Assembly (NCBI GenBank): GCA_040767425.1
Contig: JAXGON010000003.1
Span: 22,440 to 86,439, forward strand
Length of the DNA: 64,000 nt
Direction of reading: 5' to 3'
DNA from: Anaerolineae bacterium
GTDB lineage: Bacteria > Chloroflexota > Anaerolineae > UBA1429
Within the stretch, counting starts at the first letter, position 1. Every line of letters starts with the position of its first letter. Under the pieces are notes generated by a model. The model was not told the DNA's origin and ran no database searches. It saw nothing but the letters and a program-made list of their open reading frames with translations. The position numbers and the translations under genes are program-made. Below, piece by piece: positions 38,701 to 48,316 of the stretch.

Positions 38701-40686
38701 CTACTCGGCCGCCAACGCCTGATGCCCGCGGACCTCGGGCACCGTCAGGTGCACATAGCCATCGCGATACTCGAACGGCAACGGCTGGCCCGTCGGCACC
38801 AACGTGACCTGCGCGGGCGGCTGTGCCGTCTTGAAGGCCAACCCTACGTTGAACAGCGGGATCACATCCTCGATCACATCGAAGGCGAGGCCGCGCCGCT
38901 CGGGGATATAGTGCAGCAGATGCACCACCGTCCGGCCCGCCTCCTCTTGGCGCAGCATGGTCAGCTGCGCGGTACTGGGAGCATCGGTCACCGTCAACGG
39001 ATCGGGTAGCAGAAGCTTGAGCGCCGCCAGCACTAGCTTCTTGTACCAGGGTGTAGCTTGCTGGCGGTAGCCCATAAAGAGCGGATGCGCCAGATAGATG
39101 ACGTTGCCCGCGGCGTTCATGGTGATGCCCGGGTAGCCAGCGCTCTTGTCATGAGTCGGCGGCGTCTGCCGGTGCGAGCAGAAATGCTCCCAGGTACGCT
39201 CAAAGTACGGCGCGATCACATCGGCCAGGATCCGCGTGCCCTTGAGCGGCCGCACGGCCATACCACGCTCATAAATGACATGCGGCGCGGCCGGCAAGGC
39301 CCCCTCCAGCGGCCCTTTACCCACCCACAAGTAGTCGGCCTCGTACGGCGCATCGCCCTGGCACCCCAAGCCAAAGGCATCCAGCGCAAAAGAGTCGCCC
39401 GTTGGCGTCAACCCCGCCCGATAGCTGGCCAGGATGCGGCCGCCCTGATCGAGATACCCCTGCACCTTGGCCGCCAACGTCTCATCCAGCGGCACCTTGT
39501 CGGGCAGGATCACCACCCGGTAGCCGCTCCAGTCGCACTCGCCGTCGATGACATCGAACTGGTGGTGTCCCTCGGTCAGTATGCGCAGGGCGCCGGCATT
39601 GGCGCTATCCACCCGGCCATCCTCCAGGCCCACGGCCTCGACGTTGAACAGCCCGATATCCACCTGCGGCACGGCGCCGACCGCCCACGGCTCCAGCGCC
39701 TCCACCTTGGCATAGACGCTACCAATCAGGTCATAGACCTCCTCCTCCAGCCTTCCGCGCGGCGGAAGCTGGTCTCCCACGGAGCAGGCGGCGCCGTTAG
39801 CCACCATCTGCAGACACTCGTACTCTAGCGCAGCCTGATTCTTGTACGAGGCAAAGTCACCCCACGAGGTATGAAACTTGCCCGTCATGCCCAACACTGG
39901 CTTTTGCAGGGCACGCGCATAGCGCCCGGTCACCGGAAAGTGCTCATAGCCCCAACCACTAGGCAACGACTCGACCTCCAGATGGGTAAAGGTGTCCAGT
40001 GTGGGGCGGAACGACGGCGGGATGTGCCCGGTGTTATGGAACACGGTCACATCGGGCTTGAGCTGCAATACGCCGTGGCCGAACCGGCGTCGGTAGCGCT
40101 CGATCACGTCATGGGCAAAGCGCTGGCGATCCTCGGCTCGCTCCGGGCGCAAACCCTGCTTGACCATATCCCGTCGGCAATAGCGACAGGTGCACTCGCC
40201 TTGGTGGATAATATCGAAAAAGAAGCCGTCCACGTCGTCACCGAAAAGCTCTAGCACCTCCATGGTCTGCTCCCAGACATAATCCAGGTAGGGACTATTG
40301 AGGCAGAGCTTTTTCCAGCGCGCCACCACCGGGCTGGTGTTCCCCAAGGTACCCTGTGGGTTGACCTCGAGCCACTCTGGATGCTCCTCGGCCATGGCCT
40401 CGTCCAGGCCTACCGTGATATAGATCGGCGCACGGATGCCCGCCTGGTGGCAGGCGACGATCTGCTCGCCCAGCAGGTTGAACGTGAGGCTAGGATGCTT
40501 GGGAAAGCGGGTAGGCGTATAGTAGACCATGCCATGGTGACAACGCGCAAAGCAGGTAATCGAGTTCACATGGGCACGCTGCAGGGTCTCCACAAAGTGC
40601 TGCGCATCCCAATCGGCGCCCACATCGTCGATGGCCGGCGACGTGTGAAAATCCAGATGAACCTGACGCATGCGTAGGGGCTCCAT
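38701..40686 (-). CDS. GH151-like alpha-L-fucosidase (GHL6 plus trimerisation domain)
   Basis: RQVHLDFHTS, FARCHHG, HPEW, GFFFDII, LEVESLP, GMTGKFHTSWGDF, GDQLPPRG. Confidence 0.85.
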   Translation of the reverse strand: MEPLRMRQVHLDFHTSPAIDDVGADWDAQHFVETLQRAHVNSITCFARCHHGMVYYTPTRFPKHPSLTFNLLGEQIVACHQAGIRAPIYITVGLDEAMAEEHPEWLEVNPQGTLGNTSPVVARWKKLCLNSPYLDYVWEQTMEVLELFGDDVDGFFFDIIHQGECTCRYCRRDMVKQGLRPERAEDRQRFAHDVIERYRRRFGHGVLQLKPDVTVFHNTGHIPPSFRPTLDTFTHLEVESLPSGWGYEHFPVTGRYARALQKPVLGMTGKFHTSWGDFASYKNQAALEYECLQMVANGAACSVGDQLPPRGRLEEEVYDLIGSVYAKVEALEPWAVGAVPQVDIGLFNVEAVGLEDGRVDSANAGALRILTEGHHQFDVIDGECDWSGYRVVILPDKVPLDETLAAKVQGYLDQGGRILASYRAGLTPTGDSFALDAFGLGCQGDAPYEADYLWVGKGPLEGALPAAPHVIYERGMAVRPLKGTRILADVIAPYFERTWEHFCSHRQTPPTHDKSAGYPGITMNAAGNVIYLAHPLFMGYRQQATPWYKKLVLAALKLLLPDPLTVTDAPSTAQLTMLRQEEAGRTVVHLLHYIPERRGLAFDVIEDVIPLFNVGLAFKTAQPPAQVTLVPTGQPLPFEYRDGYVHLTVPEVRGHQALAAE

Positions 40687-40722
40687 GATTCTCCTTTCAA
40701 CTAGGCGACTCGGTATAACGCC

Positions 40723-40787
40723 ATCATAGCGGCGGAGAAAGGCAGCGTCAACGTCTCGTTGACCCGCCCTTTGCCCGCCGGTATACT
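40723..40787. promoter_or_regulatory. Back-to-back sigma70 promoters for the GH151-like gene and aor
   Basis: Minus strand TTGACG-N17-TATGAT (40751-40723). Plus strand TTGACC-N17-TATACT (40759-40787). Confidence 0.7.
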
Positions 40788-40875
40788 CTCAGAAGGCTGC
40801 ACCTACCAGAGGGCGCGACGCTGGACAGCGTCACCGCTTCTCTTGGCACCAAGGAACCGTATGGAGGGGGCTAGG

Positions 40876-42768
40876 ATGAGCTACGGACACTGGGGCAAGA
40901 TGTTGCGCGTCAACCTGACCACTGGCGATATCGCCGTCGAGAGCCTCGACGAGGACTTTCTTCGGCGCTACGTCGGCGGCTGGGGGTTCATCGCGCACAC
41001 CCTGCTGCGCGAGCTGCCGGCGGGCGTCGACCCGCTGAGCCCTGAGAACCGCCTTATCTATGCCACCGGCCCCATCACCGGCCAGGCCATCGCCGGTGGC
41101 GGCCGCCACATGATCGGCGCCAAGTCGCCCCTCACCGGCGGCTTTTCGGGGTCCGAGGCCGGCGGCTATTTCGGTGCCGAGCTCAAGCGCGCCGGCTGGG
41201 ACATGATCATCTTTGAGGGCGCCTCGGAAAAGCCGGTCTACCTCTGGATCCAGGACGATCAGGTGGAGCTGCGCTCCGCCGAGCACCTGTGGGGACGCGA
41301 GATCTGGGAGGTCCAGGAAGCCATCCGCGAGAAGCTAGGCGACAAGTGGATTCGCGTCTCTCAGTGTGGCCCCGCCGGAGAACGGCTAGTGCGGGTCAGC
41401 AATATCCTGCACGACGCCACCCGCGCCGCCGGACGCACCGGCCTGGGCGCGGTCATGGGCAGCAAAAAGCTGCGCGCCGTGGCCGTACGCGGCAGCCAGT
41501 CGCCACCCGTCCACGATCCTGACGCGCTGAAAGATCTCGCCAAATGGTTCCGCGACCACTTTCGCGAGACCGGCTCCGTGGCCTATGCCACGCTGGGCAC
41601 GGTGCGCATGGTCCGCGTCCACAACGAAGCCGGCGGGCTGCCCACCCGAAACTTTTCCCAGGGCGTCTTTGAGGGCTTTGAGAATCTGACCTCTGAAGCG
41701 CAGCTCGAGGTGACCCAACGGCGCGATACCTGCTACGGCTGCCCCATCCGTTGCAAGTGGGTGGTCTCTATCGAGGACGAGACTTATCCCGCCGACCCCA
41801 AGTACGGCGGCCCCGAATATGAGACCACGGGCGCCTTTGGCTCCTGCTGTGGCATCGACGACATCCGCATCACCTGCCACGCCAACCAGCTCTGCAACGC
41901 TTACGGCCTAGACACCATCGGCGTGGGGGTGACCATCGCCTGGGCCATGGAGTCGTTCGAGCGCGGCGTGCTCACCACGGCCGATACCGACGGTCTCGAT
42001 CTGCACTTTGGCAACGGCGATGCGATCATCACCCTGATTCACAAGATCGCCCGTCGCGAGGGGTTCGGCGACCTGCTCTCCCACGGCTCGCGCTATGCCG
42101 CCCAGCAGGTCGGCCAGGGCTCGCTAGCATGGGCCGTCCAGATCAAGGGCCAAGAGGTGGCCATGCACGACCCCCGGATCAAGTACGGCCACGGGTTGGG
42201 CATCGCCGTCTCGCCCACCGGCGCCGACCACATGCACTCGGTGCATGACAGCGGCTATACTACTGACGATGGCATCCACGACCTCAAGCCGCTGGGCGTG
42301 TTGCACCCCTTGCCCAAGGACGACCTCAGCGCCGAAAAGGCCCGCATGGTGCGCCGCGCCATGATGTGGCGCGTGCTGGACAATCTCACTGGCATCTGCA
42401 TGTTCCAGATGTGGCCGCCCCAGAAAAAGGCCGAGATCATCCAGGCCGCCACGGGCTGGAACACCTCGGTGCTAGAGCTGTGGCAGGCAGCCGAGCGCGC
42501 CTATGACATGGCCCGCGCCTTTAACGCCCGCGAGGGCTTTGGCCCCGATGACGACGACCTGCCGCCGCGCATGTACGAGCACTTTGCCGAGGGGCCAGCC
42601 GCCGGCCAGGCGCCCACCCGCGAGCAGTTTGCCGCCGCCAAGCAGGCGTTTTACGCCTACATGGGGTGGGATCCGAAGACGGCCGCGCCCACGCGCGAGA
42701 GGCTGGAGGAGCTGGACGTGCCCTGGGTGGCAGAGCTGCTGGAGGGGGCGACGAGACGCGATGCTTAG
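40876..42768 (+). CDS. aor: Aldehyde:ferredoxin oxidoreductase family protein (W/Mo-pterin)
   Basis: KSPLTG, GPAGE, AAGRTGLGAVMGSKKL, CYGCPIRC, GPEYET, GLDTI, FNAREG. Confidence 0.93.
   Translation: MSYGHWGKMLRVNLTTGDIAVESLDEDFLRRYVGGWGFIAHTLLRELPAGVDPLSPENRLIYATGPITGQAIAGGGRHMIGAKSPLTGGFSGSEAGGYFGAELKRAGWDMIIFEGASEKPVYLWIQDDQVELRSAEHLWGREIWEVQEAIREKLGDKWIRVSQCGPAGERLVRVSNILHDATRAAGRTGLGAVMGSKKLRAVAVRGSQSPPVHDPDALKDLAKWFRDHFRETGSVAYATLGTVRMVRVHNEAGGLPTRNFSQGVFEGFENLTSEAQLEVTQRRDTCYGCPIRCKWVVSIEDETYPADPKYGGPEYETTGAFGSCCGIDDIRITCHANQLCNAYGLDTIGVGVTIAWAMESFERGVLTTADTDGLDLHFGNGDAIITLIHKIARREGFGDLLSHGSRYAAQQVGQGSLAWAVQIKGQEVAMHDPRIKYGHGLGIAVSPTGADHMHSVHDSGYTTDDGIHDLKPLGVLHPLPKDDLSAEKARMVRRAMMWRVLDNLTGICMFQMWPPQKKAEIIQAATGWNTSVLELWQAAERAYDMARAFNAREGFGPDDDDLPPRMYEHFAEGPAAGQAPTREQFAAAKQAFYAYMGWDPKTAAPTRERLEELDVPWVAELLEGATRRDA
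42482..42750 (+). repeat. Left copy of a direct repeat (intact aor 3' end)
   Basis: Aligns with 47332-47514. Confidence 0.9.
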
Positions 42769-43231
42769 GTGTCGCGCAGCAATACGCGCGCCATAGAGCC
42801 AGTGCTCGTTTGCGACTGGATGCAGGATTATCTCAAATGACCTCAAATTGAACGATAGCTGGTGTAAACTGCAAGCATGGTTGGGAGGGCCAAGAAAAGG
42901 GTCCGCTGCTGGGGTCATACCCGGCACCCGGCCGTGTTTTGCTGTGAATCGATCATGGCGCGCGGCAGACTCGCCAACCAGCCACACCGCCAAATACACC
43001 TCGGTATCTGGCAGCGGCTGACAAGAGGCATGTCCCATCGGACAACCTCGAGACAGCAAGCTATCGCTCAAGCCGTCTACACGGCTGCGCTCGGTATCGC
43101 TTACTGAGGGGAGCGGTTGCCGCGCGGACACGGCTGAACAGGATCGGCTCCGATTGGTAGTGACTGCCATTGACGCTTGCGTCCTGGAAGAAGGATCTAC
43201 CGTCGGCCGTACCGATCCTGCTCAATTCCCC

Positions 43232-43260
43232 TTGACCTCTCCCCCCTCCGCAGCTATAGT
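43232..43260 (+). promoter_or_regulatory. Sigma70 promoter of the islet operon
   Basis: TTGACC-N17-TATAGT. Confidence 0.6.
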
Positions 43261-43346
43261 GTCATCAGAATAGCGCTCCCCGGCAGCCTCGTCCGACCGT
43301 TAGGCGCCGCCGCCTGCTTGCGACGCCCAGCTCGAAGGACGCAGAC

Positions 43347-46241
43347 GTGAAACGCACATCTCGACCGCCCAAGGCTGTCGTAGATGGGCCTCGGCTCTCC
43401 CACCGCGGCACCCTGGTCTGCGCCGCGCTGCTCCTCTTGGTCGGAAGCGCCTGCATCACCACCGAGTATGGCTTGACGATCACCGCGCCGGACCAGGATG
43501 GCGAATCCGAACTCATTGCCACCATCTCAGAGAGGCTTCACGCCGAGTACGTTGACGCCGCCCTGCAGGCCAACGCCGAGTATCGGGCCGATCTCGCGGC
43601 CGTCGGCGGTACGGTGAGCGAGGACCCTTTCCCCACCACCATCGAGGGCCTCTCCGATCTCATGAGCAGCATCCCCACCGCCCAAGAGATGCGCGACGAC
43701 GGCATGGACGTTGACGAGTCCTACGACGGTTTCGTCGCCACCCGGACCATCCCCTTGTCCGAGGCTCTCGCGAACCTGGAATCCTCCGAAGAGAAGATGA
43801 TCGTCATCGACGAGAGCGCGCCCCCCGCCATACGTTACATCTTTGACCAAGTGGTCCCCATAGGCGATGCCGAGAACGACATGGTCGCCCAGTTGGAGGA
43901 GATAGATCGTTACCGGCGCGAGGGCTTGCCGCCGAAACCCAAACTGGTGATCCGCGAGGGAGAGATCGTCGCCGAAGGCGAGGTCGACTATCTCGCGCTG
44001 TTCGGCTCCCTCGGCGAAAAGAGCGAACTGGAGGCGTGGTACTGGCTTCGCATCCTGGTGGAGACTGGCATCCCCACGTTCAGCTTTTCCGTCTCCATGC
44101 CCGGCGAGGTCGTTCTTTATACAATAGATGGCGTGCCGGGCGGAAACCTGGTAGACAACCGCGTCACCTTTGTGTTTGACGAAGCTTTCATGCGGCGCCT
44201 CGGCACCGGCGACCACCGCCTACATGTGGAGACGGTGTACATCCCCGGGCAGACGCCCGCATCCCGCGACGACCGCGATGGCGACGGCATCCCTGATGAC
44301 GACGACGCCTGCCCCAACCAGTACGGCCCGCCCCCCGATGGCTGCCCCACCGACGCCTTGGCACTAGTCTGCGTGCCCGCTGAGCCCGCAGCGTATGCGC
44401 AGGTCACCTGCACGGCCCGTGTGCCCGAAGCGCACCGCACCGACACGCTCACCTTCGACTGGTACCTGGACGGCGCCCATCAGGGGACGAGCACACAGCC
44501 CACCTGGGTTTGGGGATCGGCCGAGCCGGGGAAACACGACGTGGGCGCTGACGCCATTGGCGATGGCTGGAGCTCCAGCGCATCTATTCCGCTCGACGTC
44601 TCCGAGGACCGCGATCTGGTAGCGACCCTGGGATACGCCCCCGACCCTCCCGTGGCAGACAAGTCGCTGATCCTTAGCGTACAGGTGGACGGGAGCCGCC
44701 CCGATGAGACGCTCACCTACCGCTGGTTCTTGGACGACCAACTGGCCTCAGAGGCCGAAACCATGGCATGGGTGGCTATCACCGGCACCCACACCGTCCA
44801 GGTGGAGGTACGCGGCGAGGGCGACCGCCTCGCTGTCGACCGCCGCAGCGTGGCCGTCCCGCCGCTCCAGCCAGCCTTCTACGAGGCCACCCCGGGAGCG
44901 CAGGCCGCGTTTGACATCTCTTACCTACAATGCACCGAGAGCATCACCACCGGCGAAAGCGTCGAATGCACCGTGGGCATTACCCGCGATGACAGCAAGG
45001 TGGGAGCGCTTGGCGTAGTTTGGTTCGTGGACGGCGCGTTGGCGCAACAGGAAGAGTCGGTGGGTTTGAGGGCCGCTTTCTCTCTAGAGAACCCGTCTCC
45101 CGGCCAGCACACGATCCAAGTGCGCGTCATTGACCCCGAATCGGGCGACGCCGCGGCCAGATCCGCCGTTGTGCGCGTCGACGAGGGGGCAGGGGGCCGC
45201 ATCCCTACCGCGGCAGCTGCCGGCGCAGCCGCCGGAACGGCCGGCACCATAGGCGCGTGGCTGTGGTTGGAGTGGTGGCGCGCCCGCATGGCGCAGCAGC
45301 GTGTCGAAGCAGCCGCCCGCGCAGCCGAGGCACGCAAGGCCGCGGAGGAGGCCGCCGATGAGGCCCTGCGACAGGACCGGCAACGCTGGTACGACCAAGT
45401 GGAGGAGCTCAACCGCGTTGAGAGGCAGCAGCGTGCTTACCGCGAGGCCCTTGGCGAGTACTATGACGCCGCGCTGGATCATCTCGATGCAGTCATCAAG
45501 CTAGGGCACCTGGAACGCGATCACGCCCAGCTCTCCAAACGACTGGCGGAGCTCAAGGTCCAGTTCGACGTCGCGCGTTGCACCGCCGTAACCGACGGTG
45601 TACTTGAAATCGCCGACATAATGGTGGATACGCTGCTGTGGAACGCCGGCGGCGGCCCCGAGTGGCTCTCGACGGTGCCCGGCGGCTATGGCAAGGATTG
45701 GCTAAAAGCCCTCCTCAAGGCCGCCGCCCGCCAGAAAGTTCGCGAGGCCTACGGGGTTCCGGGGCACGAACCCGATTTTCTGCGCAAACAGTTTCTCGAT
45801 TCCGCTGGCATCCCGACAGACTATTTCGTCGATTGGGACGTCGCTACACGCGATAAGGGGCTACCGCGCATCGTCTTCGACCTGGGGGTGCCGCGTGGGG
45901 TCCCCAAAACCTTGCTGATCCAGCAGCTTGAGAAACGCCTCCCGACCCGGGACCTGGGCAAGAACCTGGGATACGGCTACAGTGTGTTCGAGACCGGCGC
46001 AACCGCCGCCGTTGACACGGCGGACAAGATGGAAGAGTGTCGCAAGCTGCGGCGGCAGATGAGCACCACGCTCGATCAGGTGCTGCGCCGCGAGCGAGCC
46101 ATCCCGGATGCCCAGGACGACGCCGCCCAGGCCACCCGCGTGCTACAACAGCGCACGCAACAGGTAGCCGCCGCGCAACCATCCGCCGCGGATCGGGCCG
46201 TCAATACCCAAGCGCGCTGGGAAGCGATGCAGCAACGCTAG
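43347..46241 (+). CDS. Large membrane protein: lipoprotein-like signal, LppM-like domain, TSP3 Ca-binding motif, 3 PKD/Ig-like repeats, Gly/Ala-rich TM, coiled-coil C-terminal domain
   Basis: LLLLVGSAC; FSFSVSMPGEV..DG..G..NRVTF; DRDGDGIPDDDDACP; LTFDWYLDG, LTYRWFLDD, VVWFVDG followed by PG.H.V-like motifs; AAAAGAAAGTAGTIGAWLWLEWW; heptad-rich tail. Confidence 0.8.
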   Translation: MKRTSRPPKAVVDGPRLSHRGTLVCAALLLLVGSACITTEYGLTITAPDQDGESELIATISERLHAEYVDAALQANAEYRADLAAVGGTVSEDPFPTTIEGLSDLMSSIPTAQEMRDDGMDVDESYDGFVATRTIPLSEALANLESSEEKMIVIDESAPPAIRYIFDQVVPIGDAENDMVAQLEEIDRYRREGLPPKPKLVIREGEIVAEGEVDYLALFGSLGEKSELEAWYWLRILVETGIPTFSFSVSMPGEVVLYTIDGVPGGNLVDNRVTFVFDEAFMRRLGTGDHRLHVETVYIPGQTPASRDDRDGDGIPDDDDACPNQYGPPPDGCPTDALALVCVPAEPAAYAQVTCTARVPEAHRTDTLTFDWYLDGAHQGTSTQPTWVWGSAEPGKHDVGADAIGDGWSSSASIPLDVSEDRDLVATLGYAPDPPVADKSLILSVQVDGSRPDETLTYRWFLDDQLASEAETMAWVAITGTHTVQVEVRGEGDRLAVDRRSVAVPPLQPAFYEATPGAQAAFDISYLQCTESITTGESVECTVGITRDDSKVGALGVVWFVDGALAQQEESVGLRAAFSLENPSPGQHTIQVRVIDPESGDAAARSAVVRVDEGAGGRIPTAAAAGAAAGTAGTIGAWLWLEWWRARMAQQRVEAAARAAEARKAAEEAADEALRQDRQRWYDQVEELNRVERQQRAYREALGEYYDAALDHLDAVIKLGHLERDHAQLSKRLAELKVQFDVARCTAVTDGVLEIADIMVDTLLWNAGGGPEWLSTVPGGYGKDWLKALLKAAARQKVREAYGVPGHEPDFLRKQFLDSAGIPTDYFVDWDVATRDKGLPRIVFDLGVPRGVPKTLLIQQLEKRLPTRDLGKNLGYGYSVFETGATAAVDTADKMEECRKLRRQMSTTLDQVLRRERAIPDAQDDAAQATRVLQQRTQQVAAAQPSAADRAVNTQARWEAMQQR

Positions 46242-46255
46242 GAGAGGATAGGACT

Positions 46256-47244
46256 ATGCCCACGCTGCGCATGTACACACCGGCCGCTCTCGCCGAGATG
46301 GCGCGCGAGGTCCGCCTGCATCGCGCCGACAAGATCATGACGGACGTCGATCTGGCCCTGTTGCTGGCGCGTTGCGTCCTGCGCGATGACGCTGGCGCCT
46401 ACTTTTACCTCGATCCGCGCGATGAGAGCTGGTATCGCTGGGATGACGCCACATGGCAGCCATCCACCGCGCCCGAAGGACCTCTGGCGGGAGAGGATGG
46501 GTTGCCTGTGTCAATACGTCGCCCAGAGATTCCACCGGAGGAGGTGGTAACACCCGGGGAGCGCGTCTCGGCGGCCCAGGCGTTGGCAAACATCCGCCAG
46601 ACGGTGTGGGAAGCTTTTCGTGACGGCCGCTTGGATAGCGACGCCGCCGCCATCCTCATGGCGCGACAAGTGCTGGTGGAGCGCTCGGGGATCGCGTGGA
46701 CCGTCGGGATCGCGACGGGGCACTGGTACCGCTTTTGGCCGGAGGGCTGGAGCGAAGCGGCGCCGCCCCCCATGGATGACGAGTTGTGTGGCCGCGGAGA
46801 GCTGGGATCGCTGTTGGAGAACCCCAGCGGTGAGAACGATCCGCCCGACGCGCTGGCGCGCTTTCTCGTCGCCGGCGTGGGAGTCCTGCCGGAGGCTATC
46901 ACCCCTCCCTGGACCCCTCCCGACGCCATCCCCGCCGCCGCCATGAAGCTATATCGCGTATGCCCGAGCTGCAAAGCCACCATCGCCGCCGAGAGCCGCT
47001 TCTGCCCCGTCTGTCGCGCCGTGCGGCCGGAGCCGTTGCCCCCGAAAGGCGACAGCGCTCCTGAGAAACAGCCTGAGGCCCGATGCTCCCGATGTGGCGC
47101 CCCCCTGCGCGCTGGCGACGCCTTTGCCTCCGGTGCGGTGCGCCCGTAAGCGAGTCCAATCACTGCATCAGGTGCGGCGCACAGATCCCAAAGGGAGCCC
47201 GGTTCTGCCCAGCGTGCGGTGCCAGGCAGGATGAGAAGCCTTGA
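46256..47244 (+). CDS. Protein with two Trp-rich repeats and C-terminal zinc ribbons; 1-nt frameshift at ~47123-47125 (annotated stop 47149, restored stop 47244)
   Basis: GGAGAGG SD and ATG 46256. Repeats RDDAGAYFYLDPRDESWYRWDDATW and ERSGIAWTVGIATGHWYRFWPEGW. CPSC..FCPVC. Adding one T gives CSRCGAPLRAGDAFCLRCGAP..CIRCGAQIPKGARFCPACGA. Confidence 0.8.
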
Positions 47245-47291
47245 CGACCCTCGTGGCGCAGAACTGCGCCCTCACCCAGTCCGTGGCTGAG

Positions 47292-47517
47292 GGCACCTGC
47301 ATCAAGCGCTGCCGGCCGTCACGGGCGACGCGGCAGGCGGCCGAGCGCGCCTACGATATGGCCTGGGCCTTTAACGCCCGCGGGGCTTTGGCCCCGATGA
47401 CGACGACCTGCCGCCGCGCATGTTCGAGCATGCCGACGGGTCCAGCCGCCGGCCAGGCGCCCACGCGCGAAAGGCTGGAGAGCGGACGTGCCCTGGGTGG
47501 CAGCTGGGGGGGCGTAG
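47292..47517 (+). pseudogene. aor: Degenerate duplicate of the aor 3' end (right copy of the direct repeat)
   Basis: 47332-47514 matches 42482-42750 with mostly synonymous substitutions, several 1-3 nt deletions and a 75-bp deletion. Patchy matches extend to ~47292. Ends GCG TAG. Confidence 0.9.
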
Positions 47518-47599
47518 AGATCGAGGGGCCGGCTGTGCCCGACGCCCGTGTGTGCCACGGTAGAGTACAGCAGACCGCATCTTGCCAACAGCGAACCCC

Positions 47600-48257
47600 C
47601 ATTCGCCCTACGACCCCAGCCAGCCGCCGCGGCGCCATAGGCCGCCAGCGTCTCGTCATTCGAGCGCTGAGCAAGCGATCGGGCCATCATCGGTCCTCGA
47701 GATATCGTCGCCTACCCCACGCATGCCCCACGTTAGTCGTTTGGGCCTCCGCCCGCCAGAGATCGGCGTGGTGTCCACCCACATCTGCATGGGCTGGCCT
47801 CTGCTCGACCGAAAGCATGGCCACCGTAGGCCTCGTCCACCCAGGGCCAACGATGGGCCAGGCGAACCGAACAGCTTGGAAAGTGGATGAATCCTCGTTG
47901 GCCGGCCGGCATAGCGCGTCCATATTCGAAAACGAATCGGTGGCAGTGCACCCTCCCGATGCGAGATACACCGGAAAGACCGCCTCATACTGGACCAGTG
48001 GGATCATCGCCGAAAGCCCAGCTCAGGATGGCATGGTTCAAGCTCGCCTCGATGGCATCGGTCGGGTTCGACAGATGCGGGTCTATACGCGCACCCCACC
48101 AGCCAGTCCGCCGATTCTGCATGGTGAGCGCATGGTCGCGGGCGTCAGTGGCGGCGGCAGAGATCAAGACTTTGCCAAGCTCGGCCTCTTCCAGCCCAGC
48201 CAGCATGCTTCGAGAGACGTCACACGCCATCGCATGCACGTGAATGTCGATCAGCAC
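47600..48257 (-). pseudogene. Heavily frameshifted amidohydrolase_2-family gene (3' boundary approximate)
   Basis: GGAGGT SD plus GTG start gives MLIDIHVH. Fragments in shifting frames: AVFPVY, CRPAN, IHFP, LAHRWPWVDE, MQMWVDTTP. Confidence 0.7.
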
Positions 48258-48295
48258 GTTTGCACCTCCAAGGCTAGCAACCTTGCATCCTGAGA

Positions 48296-48316
48296 TTCTA
48301 GCGCGCACGTCGGCAG
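48296..48316 (+). repeat. Left flanking direct repeat of the IS (candidate target-site duplication)
   Basis: TTCTAGCGCGCACGTC-GGCAG versus TTCTAGCGTGCACGTCTGGCGG at 49541-49562; 15 of 16 identical in the core. Confidence 0.7.

Noticed and set aside
42770-43230. Lower-GC spacer at the islet's left end, including TCTCAAATGA (42831-42840) shared with the IS left end
   Set aside because: A 10-bp match is not significant, and I could not recognise a gene or RNA here.
42482-47514. The aor repeat pair as a diversity-generating retroelement TR/VR
   Set aside because: Differences are not adenine-specific, include many deletions, and no reverse transcriptase is in the window.
47241-48293. 350-aa plus-strand ORF
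   Set aside because: Chance read-through across the aor remnant and the antisense strand of the amidohydrolase pseudogene.
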